Below, piece by piece: positions 18,359 to 29,210 of a stretch of DNA of 64,000 bases (position 1 is its first letter; each line of letters starts with the position of its first letter). The translations under genes and the position numbers were made by a program. The DNA comes from Candidatus Obscuribacterales bacterium (GTDB lineage: Bacteria > Cyanobacteriota > Vampirovibrionia > Obscuribacterales > Obscuribacteraceae), in the NCBI GenBank assembly GCA_965228855.1, contig CBDDIJ010000003.1, positions 512,001 to 576,000 of the forward strand, written 5' to 3'. The notes under the pieces are model-generated. The model did no database searches. It had not been told where the DNA came from and saw only the letters and a program-made list of their open reading frames with translations.

Positions 18359-20158
18359 TTATTGGTGGAGCAACGCTACGTCCACGGCGAGAGTTCCGTC
18401 CGGGTTATCGAAAACCAACTTGACTTGACTGGTACCTCCGCCATGCGAAGCTGTCGCCGATGAACTTGCGACTTCGTCAGGCATGATGATCGGATTGCTT
18501 TCGTCCCACGATAATTGCATGCGGGTTCCGATTAAATCCTTCGCTCCATTCATATCCGGTGAAACATACGCGACTTGAGTTTGATCTCTGGGTTTTAATT
18601 TGTCCAGCGCGATTTCTGTTTTTGAGAACATGATGCGAACTTTTTCTAGACCCGGATGCTCATCAAAGGCGAGCCAATCATCGTACGGCAGCGGGTAGTC
18701 TTGCTGGCTGCGCAGGAAATTCTTCTCGCCTGTTTCCTTGGACGGGAATAGTACCGCGTTGGAACCGGTACTGCCTTGCTGGAGTACGACATAAGCGAAA
18801 CCATCGACTTCTGCCATCACGTGAAAGCGAATCGCGTCACCGGACTGGAAAGTGGTTTTGTTGTTGCATCGATAGATTTTGCCTTTTCGTTTCAACTCTA
18901 TCCAGTAAGATAGCGCGGTTTCACGTGACGATCGGGCGGTGCTTGTGACAGGCTTCGTTTCTGCCGGCTTCGAAGCAATCACGGTAGCGCCCGTGGTGCT
19001 GGTCGAACTGCCACCTCCGGAAGATGTGCCACTGCCTGTGGTTGTCGCTGTCGATTCTGCAGTGATGGTGGCAGCGGCACTTGATGATGCTGCTGCTGTC
19101 TGCTGAGAACCACTGTCGACTGGCTTTTCGTGCTGCTCTTTCTTCTTCGCGACTGTTGCGGAACCCAGTGGAGAGATGTTGTTGGAAATCCATCTGCTCA
19201 CAAATTTCAAATCTTCGTTGTTAAACTGCCCATCTTCGAAAATTAGATGCTCCGCCGTTTTGCTCAACACGATTTCGCGATGCGGCGTAGCCAGGCTTCC
19301 GAAAAGCTTGTAGGTGCCTGCCGGTCTTACGAGCTTGTCATTGCTTCCCTGAATGAATAAAACTTTCGTGTTCTTGATTCTTGGCGCCATCTCAAATGTG
19401 CTGTTCATGAAGTTCTTGAACGCGATCAGTTCGTTCGGTGTCACTTCAGTTCGCGAGAGAGGGTCATTGAGCCAAGTCTGACGAAGTGATTCTTTCTTCG
19501 TCGCGCGCCCGACGATCGCCGGACCGACGTTGAGCGGTGCGTCGAAGCCGTGAAGCAGGACGTGTTTGACCACGCCCATCTCAGAGTTCGACTTGTCATA
19601 TCGATCACCCGCCGGCACCGAGGATATAAGTCCGGAAACCATTTCCGGATACATCTCTGCCGCCTTCATTGCGATCGCTCCACCCATCGATTCGCCGAGA
19701 ACGATAATCTTTAGATCCGGATGCAAACGCCGAATTTCGTTCAGTGCTAAACCGACGTCGGTCATGGTGCCGTCAAAGTCGATTTTGTTTCTGCCCTTGC
19801 GAACCCAGGCGCCAAAACCGCGAACGTCAATCGCGTAAGTGGCTATGCCCTGCTTCGCCATCTCGTTGGCGAACGCATCATAGGTTCCTTTGTGCAGACC
19901 AAAACCGTGAATGCATAGCATTGCCGCCTTCGGTTGCATTTTGTCGACCCAGACCATGCATGGAATTTTTTCCGGGGTCTGAGGAGCGGCGCTCATGGTC
20001 TTGGCGCCATCGATATCCGCAGGATCCAGCGTAATTTCAGAAGCAACGCTGTTCTCGACGACGCGCTTGGCGCTTGCGTCAACGGCGGAACTCGCCACAA
20101 GGGCTGCTACCAGACCAGCTAGAACAGCGGCTCTTTTGCCGCCTTCGAACTTTTTCAT
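18359..20158 (-). CDS. Secreted alpha/beta hydrolase (lysophospholipase-like) with a C-terminal DUF4384-like domain
   Basis: IHGFG, DVRGFG, GESMGG nucleophile, QGSNDKLV and EHLIFE; S/T linker; C-terminal FQSGDAIRF...GFAYVV.QGSTG...VLFP...FDEHPGLE. Confidence 0.85.
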   Translation of the reverse strand: MKKFEGGKRAAVLAGLVAALVASSAVDASAKRVVENSVASEITLDPADIDGAKTMSAAPQTPEKIPCMVWVDKMQPKAAMLCIHGFGLHKGTYDAFANEMAKQGIATYAIDVRGFGAWVRKGRNKIDFDGTMTDVGLALNEIRRLHPDLKIIVLGESMGGAIAMKAAEMYPEMVSGLISSVPAGDRYDKSNSEMGVVKHVLLHGFDAPLNVGPAIVGRATKKESLRQTWLNDPLSRTEVTPNELIAFKNFMNSTFEMAPRIKNTKVLFIQGSNDKLVRPAGTYKLFGSLATPHREIVLSKTAEHLIFEDGQFNNEDLKFVSRWISNNISPLGSATVAKKKEQHEKPVDSGSQQTAAASSSAAATITAESTATTTGSGTSSGGGSSTSTTGATVIASKPAETKPVTSTARSSRETALSYWIELKRKGKIYRCNNKTTFQSGDAIRFHVMAEVDGFAYVVLQQGSTGSNAVLFPSKETGEKNFLRSQQDYPLPYDDWLAFDEHPGLEKVRIMFSKTEIALDKLKPRDQTQVAYVSPDMNGAKDLIGTRMQLSWDESNPIIMPDEVASSSATASHGGGTSQVKLVFDNPDGTLAVDVALLHQ

Positions 20159-20247
20159 TCCTTTTGACCTCACAGAAGACAACCTCCCGGTTGCTCGATA
20201 GTTTAAGTAGGATACTGTCCGCGTGTGAAAAATTAGGAGAGGATTCG

Positions 20248-22308
20248 TTAATCAACTACTTCCGGCTCTACGGCATCCCCGTCGCCTGCGCCCTTTTCCC
20301 CTTTAGTGCTCTTCGCTTCGGATGTTTCCTTTTTCTCATTTTCGTCGGCGTCAGATTTGACGTCGCTGCCGTTAGAACCGTTTTCGTCGTTCGCGTCGCC
20401 TGCGCTATCGCCGGCATCATCCGCATTTTCCCCTGACTCATCGGTGCCTTCGGCTGAGCTCTCGTTGTCAGCCTTCTCGTCGCTAGCCGCTGCGGCCTTT
20501 TGCTTTGCCTCACTTACTTCCTGACCAATTATGACGAAGAGACCCCGCAGGTCATTCATTGTGTTCTTAATTGTCTCTTCGGAAGCTTCTGCAAGCAGTT
20601 CCGCCCGTAGTTTGTTTATAACGTCTCTAACGCGATCCTTCGTGGCTTGCGTGACTTCGGCATCGTTGTCTTTGATTTCTCTTTCTATTGAATAGATAAT
20701 CGAGTCAGCCTCATTGCGAAGCTCTACAAGCGCTTTTCTGTCCTTGTCTTCGCCAGCGTGTGCTTCTGCTTCACGCACCATCTTGTCGATATCTTCTTTA
20801 GTCAGGTTTGTGCTGGCAGTGATTTTGATCTTCTGTTCTTTCCCGGTATTCAGGTCTTTGGCCGTGACGTTCAAAATACCGTTGGCGTCGATGTCGAAGG
20901 AAACCTCGATGCGTGGTACTCCCCGTGGTGCTGGCTGGATTCCATCCAGGCGGAAATTGCCGAGGGATTTGTTATCCTTCGCCATCGCACGTTCACCCTG
21001 ATATACATAGATGTCGACGGCGTTTTGATTGTCTTCTGCCGTTGAGCACATCTGGGTTTTATGAGTTGGAATGGTTGTGTTCCGCTCGACCAGTTTTGCA
21101 AAGACACCGCCCATGGTTTCAATACCCAGGGATAGGGGTGTGACGTCGAGGAGGACGAGGTCGGTGACTTCGCCGGCAAGAACGCCAGCCTGAAGCGCCG
21201 CTCCAACTGCCACAACTTCGTCAGGATTGACGCTCTGGTTAGGTTCTTTCCCACCGGTCAGCGATTTCACAAGTTCTTTGATTGCGGGAATTCTTGTAGA
21301 GCCGCCTACCAAAACGATCTCGTCCAGGTCTTTGAATTCGAGTTTTGCGTCCTTGATTGCCTGTTCTACCGGTCCTTTGCAGCGTTGTACAAGCGAGCGA
21401 GTCAAATCATCAAACTTCGCGCGAGACAGGCGCATGTCTAGGTGTTTCGGTCCGCTTTCGTCGGCTGTAATAAACGGCAAGTTGACGGTGGTTTCAGTAA
21501 CGGAAGAAAGTTCAATTTTGGCCTTCTCCGCCGCTTCGGTGAGCCTTTGCAACGCCTGCGGATCTTTTCTCAAGTCTATAGTGTCTGATTTGACGAATTC
21601 GTCCGCCATCCAGTCGACGATGGCATGGTCGAAGTCATCGCCGCCCAGGTGTGTGTCGCCGGCAGTGGAGCGAACCTCGATCAGGCCTTCCGACACTTCT
21701 AGAACCGAAACGTCGAATGTGCCACCGCCGAGGTCGAAGACGAGGATAGTTTCTTCAATACCCTTCTTCTCGATGCCGTACGCCAGCGCTGCGGCGGTGG
21801 GCTCATTGATGATTCGCAGTACGTCCAGCCCGGCGATGGTTCCTGCGTTTTTCGTGGATTGACGCTGGGAGTCGTTAAAGTAAGCAGGCACGGTTATAAC
21901 TGCGCTATCAACCGACTCGCCAAGGTACTTCTCGGCATCTTCTTTGAGTTTGCGGAGTACCATGGCCGAGATTTCTTCCGGCGAATAATCTTTTCCTTTG
22001 ATTGCGACGCGGCACCCGCCGTCGGGCGCTTCTTTGACTTTATAGGAAACGATACGCAGCTCTTCAGCAACTTCATCGTAGCGACGACCGACAAATCGTT
22101 TGATAGAGTAAATTGTGTTTTGCGGGTTGACGACCGCTTGTCTGCGGGCTAACAGACCGACGAGCCTTTCACCTGTTTTGTTAAACGCCACCACGGACGG
22201 TGTGGTGCGTCCCCCTTCCGCGTTGGGAATGACTGTTGCCCGTCCGCCTTCCATTACGGCGACAACGGAGTTGGTAGTGCCAAGATCAATGCCAACGGTT
22301 TTACCCAT
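20248..22308 (-). CDS. dnaK: Molecular chaperone DnaK (Hsp70)
   Basis: [42 protein letters not shown] and [17 protein letters not shown] motifs. ATG 22308 follows GGGGAG. Confidence 0.98.
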   Translation of the reverse strand: MGKTVGIDLGTTNSVVAVMEGGRATVIPNAEGGRTTPSVVAFNKTGERLVGLLARRQAVVNPQNTIYSIKRFVGRRYDEVAEELRIVSYKVKEAPDGGCRVAIKGKDYSPEEISAMVLRKLKEDAEKYLGESVDSAVITVPAYFNDSQRQSTKNAGTIAGLDVLRIINEPTAAALAYGIEKKGIEETILVFDLGGGTFDVSVLEVSEGLIEVRSTAGDTHLGGDDFDHAIVDWMADEFVKSDTIDLRKDPQALQRLTEAAEKAKIELSSVTETTVNLPFITADESGPKHLDMRLSRAKFDDLTRSLVQRCKGPVEQAIKDAKLEFKDLDEIVLVGGSTRIPAIKELVKSLTGGKEPNQSVNPDEVVAVGAALQAGVLAGEVTDLVLLDVTPLSLGIETMGGVFAKLVERNTTIPTHKTQMCSTAEDNQNAVDIYVYQGERAMAKDNKSLGNFRLDGIQPAPRGVPRIEVSFDIDANGILNVTAKDLNTGKEQKIKITASTNLTKEDIDKMVREAEAHAGEDKDRKALVELRNEADSIIYSIEREIKDNDAEVTQATKDRVRDVINKLRAELLAEASEETIKNTMNDLRGLFVIIGQEVSEAKQKAAAASDEKADNESSAEGTDESGENADDAGDSAGDANDENGSNGSDVKSDADENEKKETSEAKSTKGEKGAGDGDAVEPEVVD

Positions 22309-22548
22309 GTTTTCTCCCCGACTGCTTACTGACAAGCGGTTTTGCGGTCTATAACGTAGTGTCGCATTGTATCAGAAGCTACTTTTCCGATCCCGAATCA
22401 TAGCTTTCTCCTTATGTATGGAAATTGAAATATGGGGAATGATATATGTGGTGTAGAAGCTCGGGTCTGAAGATACGGATATTTGAGATAGAGAATTTTT
22501 TGTTCAAACACCTTTACTAACGAATCGATTTTTGGAGGATGCCGGCTC

Positions 22549-22944
22549 ATGAGTTACGGCGGAAACGATCCCGAAGGCAATCAAGAATTTGAACGGCAGG
22601 AGCTTGTGGATATGGTTCATGAGCATCGCGGTGTGACACCGGGGCAGGAACCGGAGCAGCAGACACCGCGCCGACCGACTCGCATAACGCATCACGAGAT
22701 TAAGGCGATGAAGGTCACAGTGCGTAAGGAGTCCTCTCCCGTAGTCGGATTGTTCCGGCAGGTGGGCGGATTCTTCAACGGCATCCTGCAGGCTATTGGC
22801 GGGCTATTCAGCGGACGATCGGCGCGGGTGAACCCGTGCGAGGTTAACGGGCACGTCTTTCCAAAGGCCTGGAAGGGTGATTTCCCCCGCTGTGTGCACT
22901 GCAGGACGGTCATAAAGAGTCCTGGTGAGATCAAACCAAAATAG
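22549..22944 (+). CDS. Small hypothetical protein with a C-terminal C-x3-GH...CxxC zinc-ribbon-like motif
   Basis: PCEVNGHVF...PRCVHCR; GGAGG upstream of the ATG. Confidence 0.65.
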   Translation: MSYGGNDPEGNQEFERQELVDMVHEHRGVTPGQEPEQQTPRRPTRITHHEIKAMKVTVRKESSPVVGLFRQVGGFFNGILQAIGGLFSGRSARVNPCEVNGHVFPKAWKGDFPRCVHCRTVIKSPGEIKPK

Positions 22945-22984
22945 TGCTTGACCGAGCGTTTTTGAGAAGATACCATACATATTT

Positions 22985-25429
22985 ATGGATGGTGTTAAGA
23001 GCGATTTGGAAGTGCAGACTATTTCCCTCGGCGTGAGGGATTTCGCACTACCAATTCCGCGGAGCGGCAGTATAGAGACTCATAGCGGTTACGGACCGTT
23101 GCCAATCACCGGGCAGGAGGTTCACGACGAGTTTTTGCGCAAACGCAAGGCTTCGCTGACTGCCTATCAGACAGAGTTGCGCATAAAGCACACATTCAGC
23201 CATGACGGCTATCAGATCGCTGTCAATGGACGTGTAGATGGCGTTGCCAGTCGGTTGAACTCAGGTTTTGACAACGTCTGCCTCGAGGAGGTTAAAACCG
23301 ATTTCAACGCTGAAGCGCTTGCACGCTTGTTGCGCGCAAATCCGCAACACCCTTACTGCATGCAGCTCCGAATGTATGGCTATATGTACTGGCTGGAGCA
23401 CAACTACGTCCCGGCTATGCAACTACTTGTGGTATCAATCCGCGATCAGAGTTTTGAAACTGTTTTAATTGAACTGAACCTTGAGGAGTTCGAAAGCTGG
23501 CTCGAATTGCGTATCAAGGAAGTAATCGCCGAGTACGTAGCCGAAGAGCGGATCATCGACCGCCGGATTTATCAAGCAGGCTTTCTCGCCTTTCCATTCG
23601 GTGCAGCTCGCGAAGGTCAGCAGGAATTGATGTCGGAGGTGAGCACCTGCGTAAAGAAAGGCAGCTCGCTAATGGTTCAGGCTCCGACCGGTTTAGGCAA
23701 GACGCTGGGCGTGATGTTTCCGGCCTTGCGCTCATCGCTTTCGCGCGGCTCTCAGTTGATCTATGTCACGCCGAAGAATAGTCAGCATGCCGTCGCGCGT
23801 GACGCGATTCAGAGGATGCAGAATGAAGGGAGTAAACTGAAAGCGCTTGTCTTGACCGCGAAGAAAAAGATGTGCCTCAAGGAGGAGACCATCTGCAATC
23901 CCGAGTACTGCGAGTTCGCTCGCGATTATTACGCGAAAATGGAGCGGCACGATGTAGTTAAGAAGTGCTCCAAGGTCGACATTCTCGATAGGCATCGTTT
24001 TATCAAGTACGCGAAGAAATATCAGGTTTGTCCGTTTGAACTTTCGCTCGATTGCATCAAACAGGTTGACGTGGTCGTTGGAGATTACAACTATGTTTTT
24101 TCTCCGTTCAACATCATGGGACGTTTTAGTCGTCAGATGACAGGCTCGATGGACAAACCGGATCTGGTTATTGATGAGGCTCATAATTTGCCAGGTCGCG
24201 CTTGCGGTTACTACTCGGCTGCGCTTTCCGTCACCTATCTCGAAGACCTTGCGAAGCGGATGGAGAATTTGCAGCCGTACATCTCAATTTCTGCACGAGC
24301 TGCGATTGCTGATGTCATTAATTGCATCAAGTCGCATAAACCGATGAAGACTTTGAACAATCGCGGCGACGGCGAAATTATCATCGACAAAGTTCAGTTT
24401 CTCATGCTGATGGCTAAAGTCGCTGAAATCTCAACGCGGCACATGGAAGGGCTGTTGGTGCCGCCTCTCAATGACCCTCTTCTTGAGCTGCATCGCACAC
24501 TCGATAGTTTTATCTCTGCATTATCGAATGCGGAGCGCCCCGAGTTCGTTTCACTGTATCAGGGCACCGCAGGCGGTACCTTGAAATTGGTATGCTGCGA
24601 TGCGTCGGACATGTTGAAAGATTCGTACCGCGCAGTTCGGTCTGTGGTCGGCTTTTCAGCTACACTCAAACCATTCCAATACTACAGCGACTTGATGGGT
24701 TTCGATTCCGCAAAGGTCGCAACCAAAGAATTCCAGTCGCCATTTCCAAAGGAGAATCGGAAACTGCTCGTGATACCGCAGATTTCTACGAAGTACTCCG
24801 ATCGAGAGAGGAACTACGGGAAGATCGCAGAGACCATCTCACGAATTACGGCTCTTCGGCAGGGTAATTACATAGTCTTCTTCCCGAGCTTTGATTTCCT
24901 CTGGAAGGTCAAATCTCTCGTGAACCTGCCTGGTTTCGAAATTCTCACGCAGCAGCGCGAGATGCCGCAAGCGACTACGGAACAGTACTTGAACACGCTG
25001 CGCTCGAACACAAATCCGGTGATACTATTTGCGGTGCAGGGCGGTGTCTTCTCCGAGGGCGTGGATTACGCCGGCGATATGCTGATAGGCACGATTATTG
25101 TCGGACCGGCTCTTCCAACTTACGATTTCGAGCGCGAAACCTTAATGCGCTACTATCAAAACAAATATGGCGACGGCAACGCGTACGCGTGCATCTATCC
25201 GGCTATGACGAAAGTTGTACAGAGTGCAGGACGGGTGATTCGGTCGCAGGACGAGCGCGGGTTGATTGTTTTGCTCGGACGCCGATTCATTGAAAAAGAT
25301 TATGTTGTTGCCATGCCGGGTGATTGGTACGATAAGTCAGTACAGGAGCTTGTCTCTTGCAGCATTCTGTCCGATATCGAGCAATTCTGGTCGAGAGAGG
25401 GTGTGGATGAACTCGTCCAGCAACGTTGA
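22985..25429 (+). CDS. XPD/DinG-family (Fe-S) ATP-dependent helicase with an N-terminal PD-(D/E)XK nuclease domain
   Basis: Nuclease GRVDG...EEVKT...QLRMY; Q motif REGQ; Walker A APTGLGKT; Fe-S cysteines (KKMC...CNPEYC...CPFE); DEAH, SATL, GVFSEGVD and QSAGRVIR motifs. Confidence 0.93.
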   Translation: MDGVKSDLEVQTISLGVRDFALPIPRSGSIETHSGYGPLPITGQEVHDEFLRKRKASLTAYQTELRIKHTFSHDGYQIAVNGRVDGVASRLNSGFDNVCLEEVKTDFNAEALARLLRANPQHPYCMQLRMYGYMYWLEHNYVPAMQLLVVSIRDQSFETVLIELNLEEFESWLELRIKEVIAEYVAEERIIDRRIYQAGFLAFPFGAAREGQQELMSEVSTCVKKGSSLMVQAPTGLGKTLGVMFPALRSSLSRGSQLIYVTPKNSQHAVARDAIQRMQNEGSKLKALVLTAKKKMCLKEETICNPEYCEFARDYYAKMERHDVVKKCSKVDILDRHRFIKYAKKYQVCPFELSLDCIKQVDVVVGDYNYVFSPFNIMGRFSRQMTGSMDKPDLVIDEAHNLPGRACGYYSAALSVTYLEDLAKRMENLQPYISISARAAIADVINCIKSHKPMKTLNNRGDGEIIIDKVQFLMLMAKVAEISTRHMEGLLVPPLNDPLLELHRTLDSFISALSNAERPEFVSLYQGTAGGTLKLVCCDASDMLKDSYRAVRSVVGFSATLKPFQYYSDLMGFDSAKVATKEFQSPFPKENRKLLVIPQISTKYSDRERNYGKIAETISRITALRQGNYIVFFPSFDFLWKVKSLVNLPGFEILTQQREMPQATTEQYLNTLRSNTNPVILFAVQGGVFSEGVDYAGDMLIGTIIVGPALPTYDFERETLMRYYQNKYGDGNAYACIYPAMTKVVQSAGRVIRSQDERGLIVLLGRRFIEKDYVVAMPGDWYDKSVQELVSCSILSDIEQFWSREGVDELVQQR

Positions 25430-27233
25430 GAACACGAGAATGGAGCTGTTCACTGGAGTTGAAGAACGCCCGGTGACGGGTTTGCGCGGGGCGAAACTAT
25501 CCGATCACATCTGTCTCTTCCTCGACTGCCAGACTACTGGCGCCAGTGTAACTAGCGGTGGAAACTTGCTTGAAGTGGCATGGTGCTACGGAGCGTCCGG
25601 CGACTTGAGCTCGGATGTTCATTCTTACCTGGTGAAACAACCTGACGAAATTCCGATTCCGGGTCGCATCCAGATGTTGACTGGTATCACGGATGATGAC
25701 ATGGTGGCTGGTGTCGAGTCCCGGGAAATTCTTGATTTCCTGTTGCAGAAGTCGCGCGAAATTTCAACTCCGCAGCTTTGTATCGCTCACTATGCGCGGT
25801 TTGAAACGCACTTCATGACTCACCTTGTGGAACAGCATGGCGATGGTGCAGATTGGCCGTTTCTCAATGTTTGCACTTTTGAGATTGCTCGCCGATTGTA
25901 TCCCAATCTGCCGTCACGCGGTATTCGCGCGCTAGGTGGCTATATCGGCTTGGATATGGAAGAAGTGAAGCGGTCGAATAGCCATGTTGCAGCCACTCGG
26001 GTGATCTGGCAACACCTTGTTGAACGTTTGGCTGAGGTCGGCGTTGAAACGCTAGATCAATTGCAAGAGTTTCTTGCCACCAAAGCTGGTGCTCGAACCG
26101 GCCCACCGGAGTACAAGTTGGAACGTCTGAAGCGTCTGGACTTGCCGAACTGCCCTGGTGTTTATCGCATGAAGAACCAGAGCGGGCGCATTCTTTATGT
26201 GGGCAAAGCAACGTCTCTGAAAAGCCGAGTAAACAGTCACTTCAGGGGGCGGAAAGGAAAGACTTCAAAGTCGAAGGAATTGCTTACCCAGGTCCACTCT
26301 ATTGATGTGACGGAGTGCGGATCTCCGCTTGAAGCGGCTTTGCTGGAAACCGACGAAATAAAACTCTACGACCCGCCATATAATGTTAGTTTGAAACAAA
26401 GAAACAGGAAGCTAGTTTTTGCCTCCTGGGATTTCTTGTCCTTCTGCGAGGAGCAGGACGAAGATCATGTTATTGGTCCGCTACCTAACTTACGCGCGCT
26501 CGATGCGCTTTTGCGATTGAATGAAACTATCAATAGCGGCGTGGTCGATCCTCATTTGCTTTTTGTGGAGATCCCTATGGAGGACCTCTCCGAGGGAGTT
26601 GCGATCTTTGTTGAGCGGCATGATATCTCTCTTGAGGAGGGAACCACTCCGCGTAGTCTTCTGGCTCTGGGTTTGCGATTTTTTAGATCTACGAAACGAT
26701 TGATGCGCCAACTGGCGATGCAACGCGCTCTCGAATTGGTGCTCGAACAGCGACGCAAAGATGCTGGACTGGAGGACGTCGAGCCCCCAACCAGCCCAGA
26801 AGTAGAGGAAACTGTTCTAGCTGAAGACGATGACGATTTTGACTTTGACGAGGATGACCTTACTCCTGAAGAGATTGCCACAAAATTGGAGTCGCTCCTG
26901 ACAAGCATTGCCAGAACCTACCTTGCTTCAAAAGATTTGACCTGTCTTCTCAATTCGAATATTCGGTTTAACTACAAGAAGAGTCGGCGCGAGGTTAGTG
27001 TTAGGAACGGGCAGATAGTCGATGGTTCTACTGCGAGCTCAATAAAGAAAAATAGTTCCGCAGCATATGGTGACATCGACGCTCTGTGCGACGAGGCGGT
27101 TCGAGACTGGGCTGGTTTGAACGTCAGAGACTATGATCGAATGCGGGTTTTGTTGACTGAAGTCACGAAAATGTCTCAAACACAGCCGGACGTCGAGATT
27201 GAGCCCCGACTGCGCTATTTGAGTCGCTGGTAG
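25407..27233 (+). CDS. DnaQ-like exonuclease domain (degenerate) fused to a GIY-YIG (UvrC/Cho-like) nuclease
   Basis: FLDCQTTG, LTGITDDM-like segment and AHYARFE; LPNCPGVYRM...ILYVGKATSLKSRVNSHF...EAALLETDEIK...PPYN. ATG 25407 overlaps the helicase end by 23 nt. Confidence 0.88.
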   Translation: MNSSSNVENTRMELFTGVEERPVTGLRGAKLSDHICLFLDCQTTGASVTSGGNLLEVAWCYGASGDLSSDVHSYLVKQPDEIPIPGRIQMLTGITDDDMVAGVESREILDFLLQKSREISTPQLCIAHYARFETHFMTHLVEQHGDGADWPFLNVCTFEIARRLYPNLPSRGIRALGGYIGLDMEEVKRSNSHVAATRVIWQHLVERLAEVGVETLDQLQEFLATKAGARTGPPEYKLERLKRLDLPNCPGVYRMKNQSGRILYVGKATSLKSRVNSHFRGRKGKTSKSKELLTQVHSIDVTECGSPLEAALLETDEIKLYDPPYNVSLKQRNRKLVFASWDFLSFCEEQDEDHVIGPLPNLRALDALLRLNETINSGVVDPHLLFVEIPMEDLSEGVAIFVERHDISLEEGTTPRSLLALGLRFFRSTKRLMRQLAMQRALELVLEQRRKDAGLEDVEPPTSPEVEETVLAEDDDDFDFDEDDLTPEEIATKLESLLTSIARTYLASKDLTCLLNSNIRFNYKKSRREVSVRNGQIVDGSTASSIKKNSSAAYGDIDALCDEAVRDWAGLNVRDYDRMRVLLTEVTKMSQTQPDVEIEPRLRYLSRW

Positions 27234-27462
27234 AGCAGTAGGTTTCTTCGCCCACACTCAGGGGACCGTTGTCTTGCGCTCTCATTGGTCTGGCGCGCGG
27301 TTTTGGAACATTTGCAGTCAAAACGGTTTCTTCGAATGAATTTTGAAAGAACTGTGAGTTTATAATATTCGAATTATTGAATGTATTGCTCGCAGGGCGT
27401 TTAGCGTTCTGCCGGCTTTGCTCGAAATAAGTGCTCCTTTCACCTCAAGAAGGATAGTTAAA

Positions 27463-29094
27463 ATGCTGAAAACCCTTCCTAGCAACGTTGTTGGCGATGT
27501 TATGGGTGGAATGATGACCGCCGTGGTGGCACTTCCAGTTGCCATGGCTTTCGGCGTTGCATCCGGTCTTGGTGCCGCTGCGGGCCTATACGGCGCCATG
27601 TGTTGCGGACTTCTGGCATCGGTCTTCGGCGGGACTAAGGGGCAGCAGTCCGGACCCACCGGACCTGTAGCCGTAATTATCGCGACGTTGCTAATAGATT
27701 GTGGTGGCAATCTTCCTGTGGTTTTTGCCGCCATTATTCTTGGTGGCATTTTGCAAATCGCAGCGGGAAAATTGAAGTGGGGAGAACTCGTGCGATATCT
27801 CCCGTATCCGGTGATTTCTGGATTTATGACCGGCATCGCAGCAATAATAATTTTGCTGCAGATTAATCCGCTGTTTGGAATCAAAGGCAGCAAGCAGGTA
27901 ATGGAGTCCATACAGAGCTTTCCAAACATTCTCCTTCACATGAAAGTCGAAGCTCTGTTAATTGGATTGCTGACATTCGCAATCATCTTCATCACCAAAC
28001 TCATATCCAAGAAACTGCCGGCATCACTTATTGCGCTGGTTGTCGCAAGCGTAGCAAGTGTGGTGCTGAATTTAGACATCCCTAGAATCGGAGAGATACC
28101 TGGTCAGCTGCCGGTGCCCTCGCTTCCAGTCGTCGACTTGAAAGCTATAACCATAATCGTAAGTGGTGGCGTGACTATTGCCCTTCTAGGCTCAATAGAT
28201 TCTCTATTGACGTCGCTAATTGCCGACAAAATTTTGCATACCAATCACGATAGCAATAAGGAACTCGTCGGTCAGGGCATTGGCAACATCGTTGCCGGCT
28301 TAATGGGCGGAATGGCGGGAGCTGGATCAACTACACGAACTCTTGCCAATATTGACGCGGGAGGTCGCACGCCTCTTTCCGGCGTTATCTATGCGGCAAT
28401 CATTCTTACCGTGATCACTGCTCTTGGTGGCGTCGCCGCTCAGATACCGTTGAGTTCGCTGGCTGCAATATTGATTGTCCTCGGTTTTGGAATCGTTGAC
28501 TGGCGTTCTCTGAGTCATGTTAAAAAGGCGCCGAGATCCGATGTTTTAGTCATGTCAGTTGTTTTATTCATGACCGTTTTCATTGATTTGATCTCTGCTG
28601 TTTTGCTCGGAATGGCGCTCGCATCAGTTCTCTTTGTCAAAAAGATTACCGATGTTCATCTTTCGGACTTCGGGTCACTGGAAAGCAAGTCCGAACTCAA
28701 CCATTTGTTCGACATGCTTCCGCTCAACAGTTTGAGAGAAACCTTCATGTACTCGTTTGACGGTCCAATCTTCTTTGGCGAAACTAAAAACCTGGCAAAA
28801 GCGCTTAAGGCAGCCGATAATGCACAAACATTGATTCTTAACTTCGAGCATGCCCATCACTTTATTGACCAGAGCTGCTGCTATTACCTTGAGGACCTTA
28901 TTGGCGGTTTCCGTAAAAGTGGCCGTCTAGTGCTTGTGCTTGGGCTTGACGGTGATATCAAGGCTGGACTCGAGCGCATGGAATGTCAGCTTGTACTGGA
29001 CAGTGAATTTGTGGTCTCCGGCTGGAGCGAGGCTGTCGAAAAAATTAAATCTAAGTCCGAGAATTTAAGCCTGGCTGGATCTCAAACCGCTTAA
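27463..29094 (+). CDS. SulP/SLC26-family anion transporter (BicA-like) with STAS domain
   Basis: VALPVAMAFGVASG, SGPTGP, PYPVISGFMTGIA, NKELVGQGIGN and STAS DGPIFFG motifs. Confidence 0.93.
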   Translation: MLKTLPSNVVGDVMGGMMTAVVALPVAMAFGVASGLGAAAGLYGAMCCGLLASVFGGTKGQQSGPTGPVAVIIATLLIDCGGNLPVVFAAIILGGILQIAAGKLKWGELVRYLPYPVISGFMTGIAAIIILLQINPLFGIKGSKQVMESIQSFPNILLHMKVEALLIGLLTFAIIFITKLISKKLPASLIALVVASVASVVLNLDIPRIGEIPGQLPVPSLPVVDLKAITIIVSGGVTIALLGSIDSLLTSLIADKILHTNHDSNKELVGQGIGNIVAGLMGGMAGAGSTTRTLANIDAGGRTPLSGVIYAAIILTVITALGGVAAQIPLSSLAAILIVLGFGIVDWRSLSHVKKAPRSDVLVMSVVLFMTVFIDLISAVLLGMALASVLFVKKITDVHLSDFGSLESKSELNHLFDMLPLNSLRETFMYSFDGPIFFGETKNLAKALKAADNAQTLILNFEHAHHFIDQSCCYYLEDLIGGFRKSGRLVLVLGLDGDIKAGLERMECQLVLDSEFVVSGWSEAVEKIKSKSENLSLAGSQTA

Positions 29095-29210
29095 TATCCG
29101 ATGAATCTTGCCTCCAAGAGTAATAAAATCTAGACTGAGCGACTGATTCCTTGCAAGAAACAGTCGGCAATGTTGTCAATCCCTGCATGATGCGGGCTTG
29201 GAGTGCTTTC

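Noticed and set aside
22985..25429. CRISPR type IV CasDinG or Cas4 interpretation of the helicase
   Set aside because: No cas genes or repeat-spacer array are present in the window, and the architecture fits the widespread nuclease-XPD family.
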